Source: Tubulanus polymorphus (Eukaryota; Animalia; Nemertea). From it: 64,000 nucleotides of DNA. The translations under genes were made by a program, and so were the position numbers. Numbering within the stretch: position 1 is the stretch's first letter; every line of letters starts with the position of its first letter. Below the pieces are notes generated by a model. The model was not told the DNA's origin and did not search any database. It saw nothing but the letters and a program-made list of their open reading frames with translations. Where the stretch lies: assembly GCF_964204645.1 (NCBI RefSeq), contig NC_134029.1, positions 20,640,950 to 20,704,949 of the forward strand, in the 5' to 3' direction. This document shows, piece after piece, positions 40,295 through 54,200 of this stretch.

Positions 40295-43200
40295 CTAATC
40301 CTCGTGACCAGTTTGGATCTGGTCTTCATCCTCTTCACTTTCCGAAGCCGAATCGAGATTTGATCTGCGTACGACGATCGAATTTACCATATTCATTAAG
40401 AGTATTTCCTGAGAGTCAATCGTCAGAGCGCTCGTCATTTCGGTATACATGAATCTATCTAACGCGGTTTGTATATCGCAAGCAATCGCGTTGAACACGT
40501 CCGATATACGTCTGATGTCGTTCATCCAACGAGCGATTTTCGCGTACTTTTGAGCCGATATTTTCATCCCGACGTAAGGCATGAACAACAGGCTAACATA
40601 CAATAACAGATCTGCCATTGATAACTCTTCACCGAGAATATAACGTTTATTCTACAATAGAAATTTTTATTCAGATGAAGTGACATACCCGGTGCCCTGA
40701 ATATTTTGTATATTTTGGAAATTTGCCACTCAAATGTAGATTCCCTTAGATTAAAGGGGTTTTTCAAATAACGTGGAAGCTTCGATTAATGTAGATCACC
40801 AGCTAATGCTCCCCCGAAATATTTGTGAAGTTTCCACTGTTTCATTTTTAAAATCATGTTCAAAAACCTCTGATTTCAAAAAATTGTACAATTAATTTCA
40901 ATTTGCTTCTATAATGTTTAATATTTAGTCTAATGTAAAGTCCAATGATTATGTTTTTTATAGAGATGTGCTTTATAAGCAAATAAATTATCATTATTAT
41001 AATACTAATGATGAACGTACCTTCAATGAGGTATTCAGATATGCAAAACTTTCGTGAAACCTTTTCTGAGATCGTATTTTGAGTTGCTCTTTGAATTTTT
41101 GGCTAGTCAGTAGGTTACTATAGTCATCGACGTAGTGCTTCCAGTCCGGATCGTTTTCATAATCGACGCTGAAATCGTATACACAACACACACGATGTAT
41201 AGAGACTTGAACTGATACAGCGTATTGCGGTAATGATTTCAACAATACCTACCGATTCATAAAACATTTCATGATAACTGGGAATTTACTTTGATAATTC
41301 ACGTCGCTTCTCAGGCTTAACAAATCATCGATGTTCTCTTTATTGTATCTGCAGTGAAATTGCGAATCAGTTAAAAAGATGAAAATTCTATTATCACGAA
41401 TGCAAATTAAACGAATAAGCATTCGACTGTGCACTGACCTGTCATGTAAGTAGGCCGAGTACAAGTCCATTTCATACACGGGATGCATATCATGTTGATG
41501 TAATGCTAAATCCCACGTCTGCCAACATCGACATTCAGTTTTCAATGACGAATCTTCAGGAATCAACGCTAAAAATATCAACAGACAGAATACAATAAAT
41601 ATTCTAGAATTAATTACTTCATGATTCAGTTTTCGCTATAATTTCCTGAGTACCTCCGTTGTGCGTAGATATAGCGTCGATGTATTCGACAATAGCTCGT
41701 ATTCCCGTAATCAATCTGTCTCCGTGTTGCAGACGGATTATTCCGTCCGAACCAGCAGGACGCCCGAACAACTCTAAATTATCACACATTATACATTTAT
41801 ACTCCAGATTCTGTAAATATCGATATGAAGCGACGAACAATAAGAAATTTGAACAATTCAATGAAATCCTGATTTTGACAAAAGAGATGTAATTCACCTT
41901 ATAAGAAAGCAGGAGTTTGATTTGCCAGCATTCCGCCGACATCGAGTAATGGAACAAAATTATATCTTCTTTCGATAGCCGTTTGACTGGTGGTTCTGCG
42001 GGTATACTTCTCTCGGGCCACTGAGAAACAACTCTGCGACAGATACGAGCTTGCGTTCAGGAAAAAGTACAATTGATTTGAATTTAAGAAATTATCATCG
42101 AACTAACTTACCTGTCTGCGACATTTTGGCCATTTACTCTCGCGAATTTATGTCCTGTTCTCCAGTTGCCAATTCGCTCGACCAGAGCTGTCACCCATGG
42201 TAAGAATTTGATGAATATCTGCCAACCAAGCGGCAAACTAGCGGCTACGCATTCTATGTCAGCTATGTGTTTCAACCAATGATACACGTTAGGAAAGTTA
42301 TCCACGGATATAGGTAAACCTATCCATTCGTACATTACTACCCAACTGTAAACGCTTATATCCGCTATTGAAAATGTTTCACCGACCTAAAATTTGAAGA
42401 CAGATTTGTAGAACTAAAATACAATTCTTTTCTTTAAAAGGCAATGAATACATAGTACATGTACATATGAGTGCTAGGCATAACGTACCAAATATTTTCT
42501 ATTGTTCAATGCTTTTTCAACTATCATCAGATTAAAATACAAGTTTTCAGCGTGTGCCACCATTTCTTCAGGGCTACTAAGCCTTCCATCATAGGCTCTG
42601 TTACATAAAGATTAAAACAAACCGTAGAAACAATTTTTTTCATTTACGCATACATCATGGTTACGGTGTCACAGATCAAATTTCTATATTCTCATATTCG
42701 CAAATTTTCTTTATGAATACTTACTTGATAAACTTTCTTTTGACAGGACCATCGTTTGCCGACAAATAATACGCCTTCTTCGAATGTTGCGCGCGAACGA
42801 ACAGCACAAATGTATTTTGATAGGAGAAATGTTGAAAATCCTGAAATCGAAACGTTCTTCTTTACGCATTCCATATAGAGAAATCTAACTGGAGAAAAAT
42901 CCTTAAATTGAGGCAATCGCATTATGTGGAAAATTTGAAACATGCTTTGAATTTACGAATATCAAACGTACGAGACCGATTCCAAGCTGCCAATCGATCC
43001 AACTTCTAGCTTGAGTGCGCTCGAACAGATCGCGAGGAAATAAGTTTTCACCCGGTATTTCCGTATCTAAATACTCGTTGATAACGCTAGATTCATATAT
43101 GACGCTGTCTTCTAAACACTGTAACAGTGAAATTTAAATTGTTTATCAAGTTGCTCAAAGCAGTCAATGATTATATGTAGACTATTTCGCTGCATTATTG

Positions 43201-43701
43201 TAATTACTTACTGGAATGTTTTTGATGGTTAATGCTGGAATTTTCTGATTCGGACAGAGTTTCTTGTAATGAATACTGTTCTGTTCACATTTTAAGAGAT
43301 CTACTGATATCTAGAAAACACAATAGGACGAACTGCTGAGTCAAAACATTCACCGGGAAATGAAAGTTGTGGGTAAATCTCTCCAGTGACTCGGGGACGG
43401 ATTCATTCACTTACATTTCTCCATCGCATCCCTTTTTGTATCATCACTATTCTGACTTGACGGCAAGCTGGACTTGTTGTCGTATCGAATAGAGTTATTC
43501 CATTCTTGACTTCAAATTTCCTACAAATGACAGTTCAGTTCAAGTAACACTTGTCAAAATCCCAATAGGCAAGGTTGCGATTGATATTTGTTATTCTTTT
43601 CATTTTCATGTCATGCGGTAGGCATACCTTTTCAGCTGCTCATCTTTTGAGCTGCGGAATTTGCCAATAATCGAGGAAAAGAACGATATAATTAGACCCA
43701 T
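40295..43701 (-). CDS. Tandem double glutathione S-transferase-fold protein (~650 aa) with myristoylation motif
   Basis: About 13 in-frame exons. Start MGLIIS. Module 1: LFDTTTSPACRQVRIV..PNQKIPAL..IYESSVINEYLD..YLVGETFSIADI..FPNVYHWLKHI. Module 2: ILFHYSMSAECWQIKLLL..ITGIRAIVEYID..YILGEELSMADL..YAKIARWMNDI, then an acidic tail. Stop 40295-40297. Confidence 0.85.
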
Positions 43702-43849
43702 ATTTTCGATCCCTGAAATGAAAAAAAGGTTGAAACTGTTTATTTTGATAATTAGCATTACTAATTCAGAAAATAGAATACACTGTATTCTACTTTGATT
43801 TGATAAATTTAGAAATATTTTCATCACTGATTTAAAAGCTTATTACCAG

Positions 43850-44140
43850 ATGTGTCAAATCAAACCGATAACGTTCATATTGCTTTCCGCATAGCCCATT
43901 ATTTAGACAGTAGCGGCCACTGAACTATCCATTGCCCAACTGACCCGGAAATAAAATCCTGGGAAAACCACACTTCTAAAGCACCCGAACCACGGTGCGC
44001 GAGTGACTAAGAGCGCCGTGTTGAGCGGGTAATGAATCAAAATGGTGGCCGAGAATTCGTGATGTGTGGACAGCTTCAAATGTTTTGTAGCCGTGTACCG
44101 TACTGATCACCAGTAAAATGAAACAGTAGATTTTTGTAAG
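43850..44140. promoter_or_regulatory. Bidirectional promoter between the double-GST gene and ATG13
   Basis: Divergent non-coding first exons (minus-strand donor ~43845, plus-strand GTAAGT ~44135); ETS-like CCGGAAAT ~43945; YY1-like CAAAATGGTGGCC ~44038. Confidence 0.55.
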
Positions 44141-44483
44141 TGAAGTTTCAGAGCAGACATTGAAGTAATTTCTTAGATTCTGCTTTTTACTGTTCGTGAA
44201 TGGTTTTGGCTAAAGTTGTGTATAGATTGATGACTACTACTGACTACTGATATCTGTCAATTTGCCAGATTTGACAAACAGCTCATGATGACCTCTGATT
44301 TAAAATTCTAAGTCAGTACCCGCTTAAATCTTGGCCCGTCAAACAGCAGAATTTCGGAAGAGTCACCTCAAACCACCAGTTTTAACGATTTAAGCTAATC
44401 GAAATTTGTTTTTGTAGGTGTTTGTTTATTTGTGTACCACCAAATTAGGCTAGGCCTATTCAGAAGTCACATCGAAACCAATT

Positions 44484-47298
44484 ATGGCTGCCGGGAAGTT
44501 GAGCTCCCAAGATCGGAAAGATTTGGACAAGTTCACCAAATTCCTAATCTACAAAAGCGTCCAGATCATTGTTCAGTCTCGTTTGGGTGAAAAAGTCAAA
44601 ACGCAGTCCAAACCATTTTCATCTGGTTCCGACTGGGTAAGTATTGAAAAACTGCTCAATGGCCTGTAAAACTAATTAGGCCTTTCCCCAGGGTCCCTAT
44701 TACTTGTTGTTTCCTAAAGAACTCCTTCTAAACGGAAAATGCTTTCAAAGGTGCGCTTGAAACTCCTTTAATTCGAGCAAAATTTCCTTAACTCCTTTAA
44801 AACTCCTTCAATTTTGAGAAAATGCTATTAGAAATTGTATCTAGTTTGTAGTTGTTAAGTAGACTATGCCTAGATCGGCACAGTCAGGACCAGGATTTGT
44901 ATTTACTACCCAATTAGGAGGTTAACAAATTAGAACCAAGTTTAGGTGGTGTGTACAGGATAAGAGTTTGCTTGCAAAACCACCGAATGAGATTGGCATA
45001 AACAGTAGCGATTTAGGCGGAGTCTACATTAATTGGGGTATAAAAGTGATGCAGATCCTTTCTTAAAATTTTCTCCTTTAATCCCCATATACCCAGGAAT
45101 GACAGATCTGTAGGGACGATGATCTTGGTCTACTTATATTTCAATCAATCATTCAATCAAGCGAGTGATCTATTTTTTCAGTTCAACCTGGCCATTCGCG
45201 ATATTCCCGAAGTTCTCGGCGAAACGAAGAAAGCTTTGGCGTCGCAATTGATAAACACGACGCAATCGATATGCGTCGAGATATCCCTGAAAACGGCGGA
45301 CGGCGACACGATGGTTCTAGAGACGTGGTCGCTCGGTATGAACGAACAATGCGACCCGCTCGTCAAAGTTTCCTACATGGTTTATAACTGTATGGGTATT
45401 TTATTGAAGTCGTTGATGTGCGTGTTACGCGTGACGCCCGCGTATCGCTTATCCAGATCGCAAGGACCCGACAATTATGTGATATGCTATCGAATTTATA
45501 AAGGGACGCCGAACACTTTGCAACTCGGAGCCGGATTTGACAAGTTAAAGGTCGGCACGGTACCGACGCCGTGTGGTACTATAGTTCTCGACGTGTCGTA
45601 CAGAACGAAAATGTTGATATCGCCTCAGCACAGCATTAAAGATTTGAGCATCGACGCGAAAGACGACCATTTTAAACAGGACAGTCCGAAAAAGAGCTCC
45701 ATACCTCGACCTTGCCATTTCAACAACAGAAGGTAAGTTTTTGTCATAGAGGTCTTTCTAGTGCTCAATTCAATATTTAGTTTCCACGGAAAAGCAGAAC
45801 AATGAAATCGGGAGAAAAATCAACAATTTAAAAAACGAGAGAGCAGAAAATTTACAACATTTCCGTGTGGGCCTTGCAAAGCCATTAAAGACTGCTAATG
45901 CAGGCACCCTATGGAAGAGAGAGAATAAAGTTGGAGAAGAGAGGAGAGAAAATGAGAAAGAGATATATGAGACATGCAGATAAGAGCTTGCTTGAGAAAA
46001 ATTTTAGGAGAAGTAGATGCAACAAATACCGGTACATGCAAATACATGTATACATGGTGTAGCAAATACGGTACATGTGTTTATATAGTAATGAAGAGAT
46101 GCAAATTTGATTAAAACTAATAAAGCCTAATAGCACCGGCTTGAATTCGGAATTTCTTCCTAAATTGTAGAAACAGCACAAGCGAAGAAGGGTCGAGTAT
46201 TTCCGCGGAGTCGGAAATTTGTGCGACAACATTTTCGACGAGTCCTCCCGATCCGTACTGTCGAGACATGAACAACTGTCAAACGCATTGCTGTTGTAAT
46301 CATAACGGACGATGCACCGATAACAGATGTGAAGGACTTCGTCAGCCCAAGTACGTTAAGTGGAAGATCTTGAAAATCATGACCCTTCTAGGCTGGTCTA
46401 GAGGATCCAAGGGCAGGGTGCAGGGGCTGCGCACCCCCTAGAAATGTTACACTGAAATTTCATGGGAAAATGAAAAATATTTTATTGATACATAAAAAAG
46501 TTCATGAGCTTGTTCTCTGTATTTCCAAAATTATGTACAAGTATCAATGAAAATTCCGAAGCAAAATTCTTTTCCACCTTTTATGAAATTGATCAAACCA
46601 GCTTTAAACTTCCGATAACTATAAACATACAAGAATGTTTCATAATTACGCAATCAAACTTTTCTAGGAATATTGTCAGGTGTGGAGCGTTTGCGCCGGT
46701 GAAAGTCTTCGACCCGGACTTCGATGAAGTCGACGATATACCGTTCTCAAAGCTTTACATAAAACCGAAAAATCTGACGTCGAGTCCGGAAAAACGCTCA
46801 GAGAAAAGCGACAGCGACGTCGAAATGGAGAATGGTAAACCAGACGCATACGGTACCGATGAAGTTGATGGTAATGAGTCAGATGATAACAGTCATGCTT
46901 CAGGACCGCCTGATGATTTCGTTATGATTGACATGGTTAGTATGATTACACATGAAATTAGTAGTCCTAATAATATTCAGTCCTTAAATTCCTCGAATTC
47001 TTGCAGGATTTGATAAGACTGCGATATACCTGTGTTAAAATGAAATACTCGTCAGTATATTAATGTTTCATCCCTTCTATAAATTTTCCAGAAGGCACCG
47101 TTTGCTGGTCATGAGGGTACAGCGGATTTGGGTAGGTTTTATCGCGAGTGTCAAGGAGCGCCAGTGTTAGCCATGTTCGACAACCAACCATCCATCGCAG
47201 AGACTCTAGACGTGATGCAAGATCAGTTGGTCAGTTTCGAGTCCAACGCGAAAGGATTCGATGAATTTGTGAACAATCTCGACGTGGCAGACGGATAA
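44484..47298 (+). CDS. ATG13: Autophagy-related protein 13
   Basis: HORMA domain ([42 protein letters not shown]), FSTSPP, LIR motif DDFVMI (46912-46929), C-terminal [23 protein letters not shown]. Exons 44484-44636, ~45182-45732, ~46171-46350, ~46668-46934, ~47092-47298. Confidence 0.96.
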
Positions 47299-50200
47299 AA
47301 AAAACAAGTTGAAGCCTTAAATTCACGTTAGAATTTTTGTGACATTCGTTCTATCTTTATCTCTCGCTATCTCTTGTACATACAAATCTATCTGAGCCAA
47401 AAACATATCTATTTATTAAATTATCACTTGTTTCAATGTCACTGTCGTTCTCAAGGTGCAAGATTTTTAGGAATTGCAAATTAACAAATTTAGAAATAGG
47501 ACAAAGATTTCTGGGTAGTTTAGTTCAGTATTATCTCTTCAACCGCAATAATACTGTTTAAATGAAATCGCGTTTGACTGCTGACCCGTGTATGTTATAA
47601 ATACATTTCATGATGCCATCTGGTCCGTCTATTTTCATTGAAAATTTCTCAATTCATCGATGAATATTTAACTACAGTAAACCTTGCCTAACTCTGACAA
47701 ACTGGGACTGGCAAAATCAGTCTGCGGTAAGCAAAGTCTGAGTTAAGGATAGGAAAATGTTTGTCGACATGTTTGTCGTCAGAGTTAGTCGAAAGTTCTC
47801 AAGTTGGCCATATCCAAGTAAGCCAACATTTGCTGTACGTATAGATCAAGGTTTCACATTTTCTGCCTTATCTAGGCCGGATATAACATTTACAAATCAT
47901 ATCTCATATATGTATTATATCACATGTGGTTGGCAGCCAATGGTGTATCAACCAAAGTATCGATAATGACGATACACGAATCCAAATCGCATTTATACCA
48001 CGCTGTTTTTGCCAATAGGGTAAATAACATTTTAGATTTTGTAAATATTTAAGTGTGTCATATATAGAGTACATTTTAAGATTGTGTTGTAATGAGTAAA
48101 TCCACTCGACGTTTCGGACGCAATTTTAAACTTTATGTCGAAATTGAATGTGATCTTCTATGTTCTGATGTGTATTGTAAATGTTTTGTGTATAGTTGAA
48201 AATGAAATGGAAAAAAACTAATGAAATTGATTAATGAACTTGTAAACCATAAGCTTGTAACCAATCGATATTAGTCCGATCTAGGATTCATGAAATAGCA
48301 AATTGTGGAAAACTAATAACTGATTCAATGTTAGTTTTCCTCAGAATTCTTCCTAACTGTCGAGTTGGTTCATGGTTCCACAGAACTATTGATATTACAA
48401 AGTCCTTTGTAATCCAACTTTGGTACCAATGAAAAAAACATGGTGTTATAAAGAATTGTATTTCCATTGTGTTTGAGTTAGATTGAGCAAATTTGTTCTC
48501 TGAAAAATGTTGGCGTTAAGTGAACAGTGGCATTAAAAACACTGACATTAAAAAGAAGGGCTTTGAGAATAATATATGTTTTGTAGGACCTAATGAGCCA
48601 AGCATCTGATATAAAGATCCATACCCTGGATGTAACCATTTATTGGACTAAAAGCATTTCAAACCTAATTCAAATATATGAATGGTCATACTGATTATCA
48701 TAAACTTTCTACAGGTTCAAAGATCCATCAAAAGATATTGTAAGCCTACTCTGGACCCAGTTCAACAAATTTGAAAAGCAAATCCAATGCAATTTAATTC
48801 ACTACTGCATGACTTGGTCCTATTATATAAATTTACTACGTACCTGTAGTTCCTTTATAATTATCACATCATCAATTTTGAAGTAAAATTTCTTGTAAAT
48901 AATAGATATTTATTAATGCGTGTTGCAATTCACTGCTTTTCTTCATTTAATTATCACTGAACAGCCAAGTGGCTGGTACAGTAGTTGGAAAGTAAGTGAA
49001 GTGGGAAAGCCAGTTGGTGCAATTGGTTTCATTCATAAGTTTCTCTCATAAACTGATAAGTTTCTCTCATAAACTGATGCACTAGGCAGATGTGATAAAC
49101 ATAAAACGTTTCAATCCTTCTATAACTCACCAGGAGGGAGGGTACCATTTGCCCATTGACGGGTACACCGGATTTGGATTTTACTGGCCATTCCATTCAA
49201 GGGTACAATCTACCCTTAACATTTGCATCCTCGTCAATAAGTTTTCTCGCCGCTCAAGAACAAGTGGACCTCGCCTCAGACAAACTGTGATCGGTACAAG
49301 GTAAGCGAAGTGGAAGTTAAGGATAGGAAAATATGTTAGGCAGTCAGAAAAATGATTTCATCTTGTCCATGTATGAATAATAAGGCAGGGTTTAATGTGC
49401 CCCGTGGGTGAATATCAAGCCATGTACCTTAAAGTAATGAATACCCTCCTTTTTCCTTATTTCTCAAGCAAGAGTCCCACGTTTCCTTACGAATACGATG
49501 ATGAAAACAAACCAACACTCGACTGTTGAATTAATTCTTACTTTTTTTTTTATTACAGTTACTGACAAACTGTTTCATAATTTTACATATTAGCAGGGGT
49601 AAAAAATATGCAAACAAATTCATCGTAAAACACGACATCTACTGGTATTGCCAGACAAATTTTCCAAAAACCAATCAATCAGTTTGTATTCATTTTTGTT
49701 TTTCAGAACGAGAAATTAAAGTTGAGCCTCAGCCATTTAACTAATTGGATGATTAAAGCCTTATCATTTAAAAATATAACTACTATGCACGTACTTCAAT
49801 TTCAATACTCGAATATAAATAAATAACTGCGCGAAATTCAAGCCCTGAAATCCTGAAGTGTATCATGAGTAAAATATCGCCGACAAACAGGGTAGCAGCG
49901 ATATCGTCTAAATCAACAGAACGATTGGCCTATTTACCTTTCTTTTATTCTTAAAAATAATGATGGAGCATAATCCCCCGAATATTTGGGGACGTTATAA
50001 AATAAAGAGAAAGAAAGTGCACGGAAATCGCGAATAAAGAGAGAGAGTAGAAAGAGCAATGACACCGTATCGTTAAATACAACATAGAATAGTTGATGTT
50101 CTTTTCTGTTCTGTACAATAAACCAGCGAGTTAAGCAGAACGGACAGCCATGAATTCAAATATCGGTATAAACTATTCCTCGGGCTCGCACGCGTTACCA

Positions 50201-51241
50201 ACCCAACAACCATCTCGAAGTATTCCCGATTATGCCGAATAACAAGATGAACGGCGCTCTTTAAACTGTCGTACGCTAAAACAACGGACGATATTTGAAC
50301 TCACGGCGAATTAAAAGCGTTTGTGTTCGTTTTCCTTTTTATTTTACACCGTTTTACACAAATCCGATATATATACACAAATTTCGTTATTCGATTTTTA
50401 TTCATCAATAATAATTATTATAATCATCATACGAGAGAAATTACCTTTTTTCTTACTAATAATAATAATTATAATAATCGTGTAATTAATACGCGATTAT
50501 CGTTTACCTACATAAAAATTCACAACTACATCCAGTAATAATGATAACTAATATAAGGGCGCGAAAAAAGCCGATCCGAAGAACAATGCTCAACTTGTCA
50601 GCATCGTCGAAACGCGCAAAGAAATTACAATATTCAACACGTACGCAGCTATTTTTGTTCGAATATAGATTTTAAATATATAAAGGTACACAATATAATA
50701 TATATACGGATATAATACACAGCCAGAGCCTGTATTCGAAGTAATCAAGTATAAGTTTATGTTTTGTTTAACAGAGATGACGAAAAAAAATAAAAACAAC
50801 TGTACAATTCTAGTAAATCTACACAAAACCTCTCTATATTAAACGTATTTATAATATAGATAGAATTCTTTTTTTTCTTCCTCCTAAACTTCTGATCAAT
50901 CCTCGCATGACGGCGCGCGTGCGTTTTTACGCATTCTTTTAATCGAAATCCACTACAACTTTCTTCGTTTTTCTTTTTCTTTTTTGAACTATATATACTC
51001 CAGTTACGTGACCATAAAACACACGCGTAATCGCACACACACACACACGAATAGAGATAGAGAGAGAACCTTTAACCACAAAAAGCGTTTTTACTCGACA
51101 CAATAATACCCAATAAATATCTATTTAGTTAAAATCGCATGCGACGATGACGACGACGACGGTGTCGTCGTAAAAAAGCTTCCGTTTCATCGGCCGAATT
51201 CCGCGAGGATACGGCCGCCATTTTGTATCTCTTGTCGTATC

Positions 51242-54200
51242 CTAATTGCTCCAGTAAGCCGTGCTGAAATTCTTGTTAGTCGGTTTTACTTGACTCGCCG
51301 TTTGTTGCTGAGCACCGCGACTCGAACCGCTCGACGCATCCTGTCGAATGAAAATCATTCATTTAAACATTCAACAATGTAAATTCTCCCTCGATCAGGC
51401 CTCATAGTACTAAAAGTGAGGCAAAACTGAGCAATTTCATGTGCTTTTTAAAAGTAAAATTAAGCACTTTTGTATGGCGAAAGTGACACTATGATTGTGG
51501 CCTTCGTTCTAATCCACAATATAAATCTTTTGAAGCCCAAAGGCATGAATATTGGCATAACACATAATTATCAAAAAAAAAAAAAAAATACAATTAGGGA
51601 TATTAAAAGTTAGTCAGCACATTTTGAAATTTTTGAGAAAAGTAAGCTCTTTGTAAGGGCCTTACTGAATTTTTTCCTGAGTAAGCACCTCGGCAAGACC
51701 CTATAAACCCTGTATATACCAAGTACAGTTTGTGAGCAACTTCATGAATTCTTTCTTAAACCCATTAATACATTCGCTACCAATTACTTTTAAACGGTTG
51801 CTCATTATCGAAAAATAAGGGGTTTATTCATTCAACAAGTGATAACAGTAATGCTACCCCTCCCTAAAACCACGGTTTCAGGTAAATATTTCCAGGTTTA
51901 GTCTTATGCCAAATCATATTCTTCTACATGGATAAAATTACAAATACCAGTATTTCGATGAATGTCAATGAAAAGGTACTATCTCATACGTTCTAATACA
52001 ATCACAACAATGCAGCTACATTATCATTTCATCGAACAAATCATTTCTTTAAAAATTTCGATTCATTTTTATTTCGATTTATGGACACGTGGAAATCATG
52101 GTCAACCAACCTGTTGAAGCTGATGATGCATTAGCTGAGAATGATGAGTCATCATCGGTACGAACTGGGCGTACGGGTTAGTCGGAGCCATCGGTCCGCC
52201 TTGAGTTCCACTCTGCATCGCGGCTAGGTTAAACGGCGGCGGAGTTCCGGCGTGGAAACCTTGCTTGTCGAACGACTAAACGAAAATAACATAAATCAAT
52301 TTACTTTATGAAGGAAAGTAGAAGAATGCTTTAGAGATGCAATAAACCAAGTCTTAGCACCTATTTTATATTCAAGTCAACTATGCTTGTGTTCACTTCA
52401 CTTGAAATGCTGTTTATCTGTTAGCCCTCAAGCTATCCATATCCGCCCTGCCTATCACTCCTCAAGCCGCCCAAATCAACCCCGATTTTTTTATCATCTT
52501 ATACACAAAAGTGGTTACAGTGGGATTCAAACCCATACGGATAAACTAGATATCAAAGACGTCAAAACTCTGTACCAAAATCAATCCATTCGTATTTGAA
52601 ATTCTCAACTATTCGGAGTATGACAGATCCGACTTTTCTCCAAGTAAGTCTGGATGAATTTCGGGGGCAGGTCACGATTTCGGCCCACCTCATCAAATCT
52701 TTTATCAGCATAGTGCGTTCACAATAAAATAACACAAATTTGAAAATCGATAGGATCGTGATGGATGTGGATTTGCCCTTGAATTTTCCGAGGAGTAATT
52801 GACGCTACATAGTGAAATTCGCGAGTTCTGATGGGTTAAGATAGTAATCAAAATCTGATCAATCACTTACCAGTCCAACCTGAGTGTGGCTTTTACCATA
52901 AGCTGTACCAGACATGTCCGATGCGGCAGTGCTGACAACAGCTACAAAACCAAAATGGGTTTCATTTTAAAATTGTTGATTCAAGAGACGTTGTAATAAG
53001 AAGAGTCTGCTTTATTCAGGGCTAAATCTTTTCAGTATCTCAGTACCCAGGGGATAGATTTTTTTGGATACTTGTAATTGAAATGGAATTATCGCGACGG
53101 GATACAATAAGTTTCAAATTTCACCACCATTAGAAACTATCTCATTAAATTCTTTCCAGTGTTTTTATGATTTGCTACTGAAATCGAAGTCAAATCGGGA
53201 TACCAAACCTTGACGTGGCGTGATGCTGACAATGGAGGACTTCAAATCCCAAGAAGATATCTAGAATTGTATAATTCAAGCCTAGCTATTGATATAACCA
53301 GGATTAGGATTACGAGATATAATTACCTTTCATAGCACCACCGGCGACCCCTCCGGCTTTATTCTGCGAATGCTGAACGGAGTTGTATCCCGTCTTGCTG
53401 AAGTCTTGCGGTTGAGCCAAATCGTCGTAACCAGCTACAAGCAGAATACATTCGAAATAATTACCAGCGAAAAAGCAAGAGGCGTCGCGCGTTAATTCAC
53501 TTCAAATTCAACGGAGAGAGAATTAATTATTATACTTTTTATACCATTTCCATACGCGTGCGTTCCGTAACCGGTGGTCGGCTGTTTTTGGAACTGCGCG
53601 TTCGTGGCAGACGTGTTAGCGGCGTGGGGAGCATTCGTTTGTGGCACCTGAAACGAAAAACGACAATCTTCAATATTTCCGACACTACACGCGCCATCAC
53701 CTCAACGGGTGGCATCATTGTAGATATCTACTCGGTCTCTGGGCGGGTATTCGCTATGATAAGTAGCAAGTAATCTAAGCGATCATGACAGGCGCAGTAA
53801 ATGTCTCCAAATAAACTCACGATTTCATTTGAATCAATATTGCATTATTTTGTCCGACTTACAATGACCTATCTATACCCACAATACACACAATATCAGG
53901 CTCAATGTGGTTAAGGACTGTAGTATATACACATCTTTACCTATACAGACTGAACTGAATCCACTCTGCTGATACCTCAAATTGATTGTGCGGATTAGAG
54001 TAAATAATATATGCAAAATCGCAATTTCTTCTGAATTGATATTGTATTATTTTATCTGCCTAATAGGCTTATTAACAGCTACCCACAATTAATACAATAT
54101 CAGAGGTTAATCTTTCATACAGAACCCAAACAAAACATGGTTAAGGACTATAGTATATAAATTTCTACCTGAACATAGATAAAACTGAACTTACCGGGAA

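Noticed and set aside
45904-45930. Alternative terminal exon giving a HORMA-only ATG13 (in-frame TAA inside AATAAA)
   Set aside because: The putative acceptor has no polypyrimidine tract; unsupported without transcripts.
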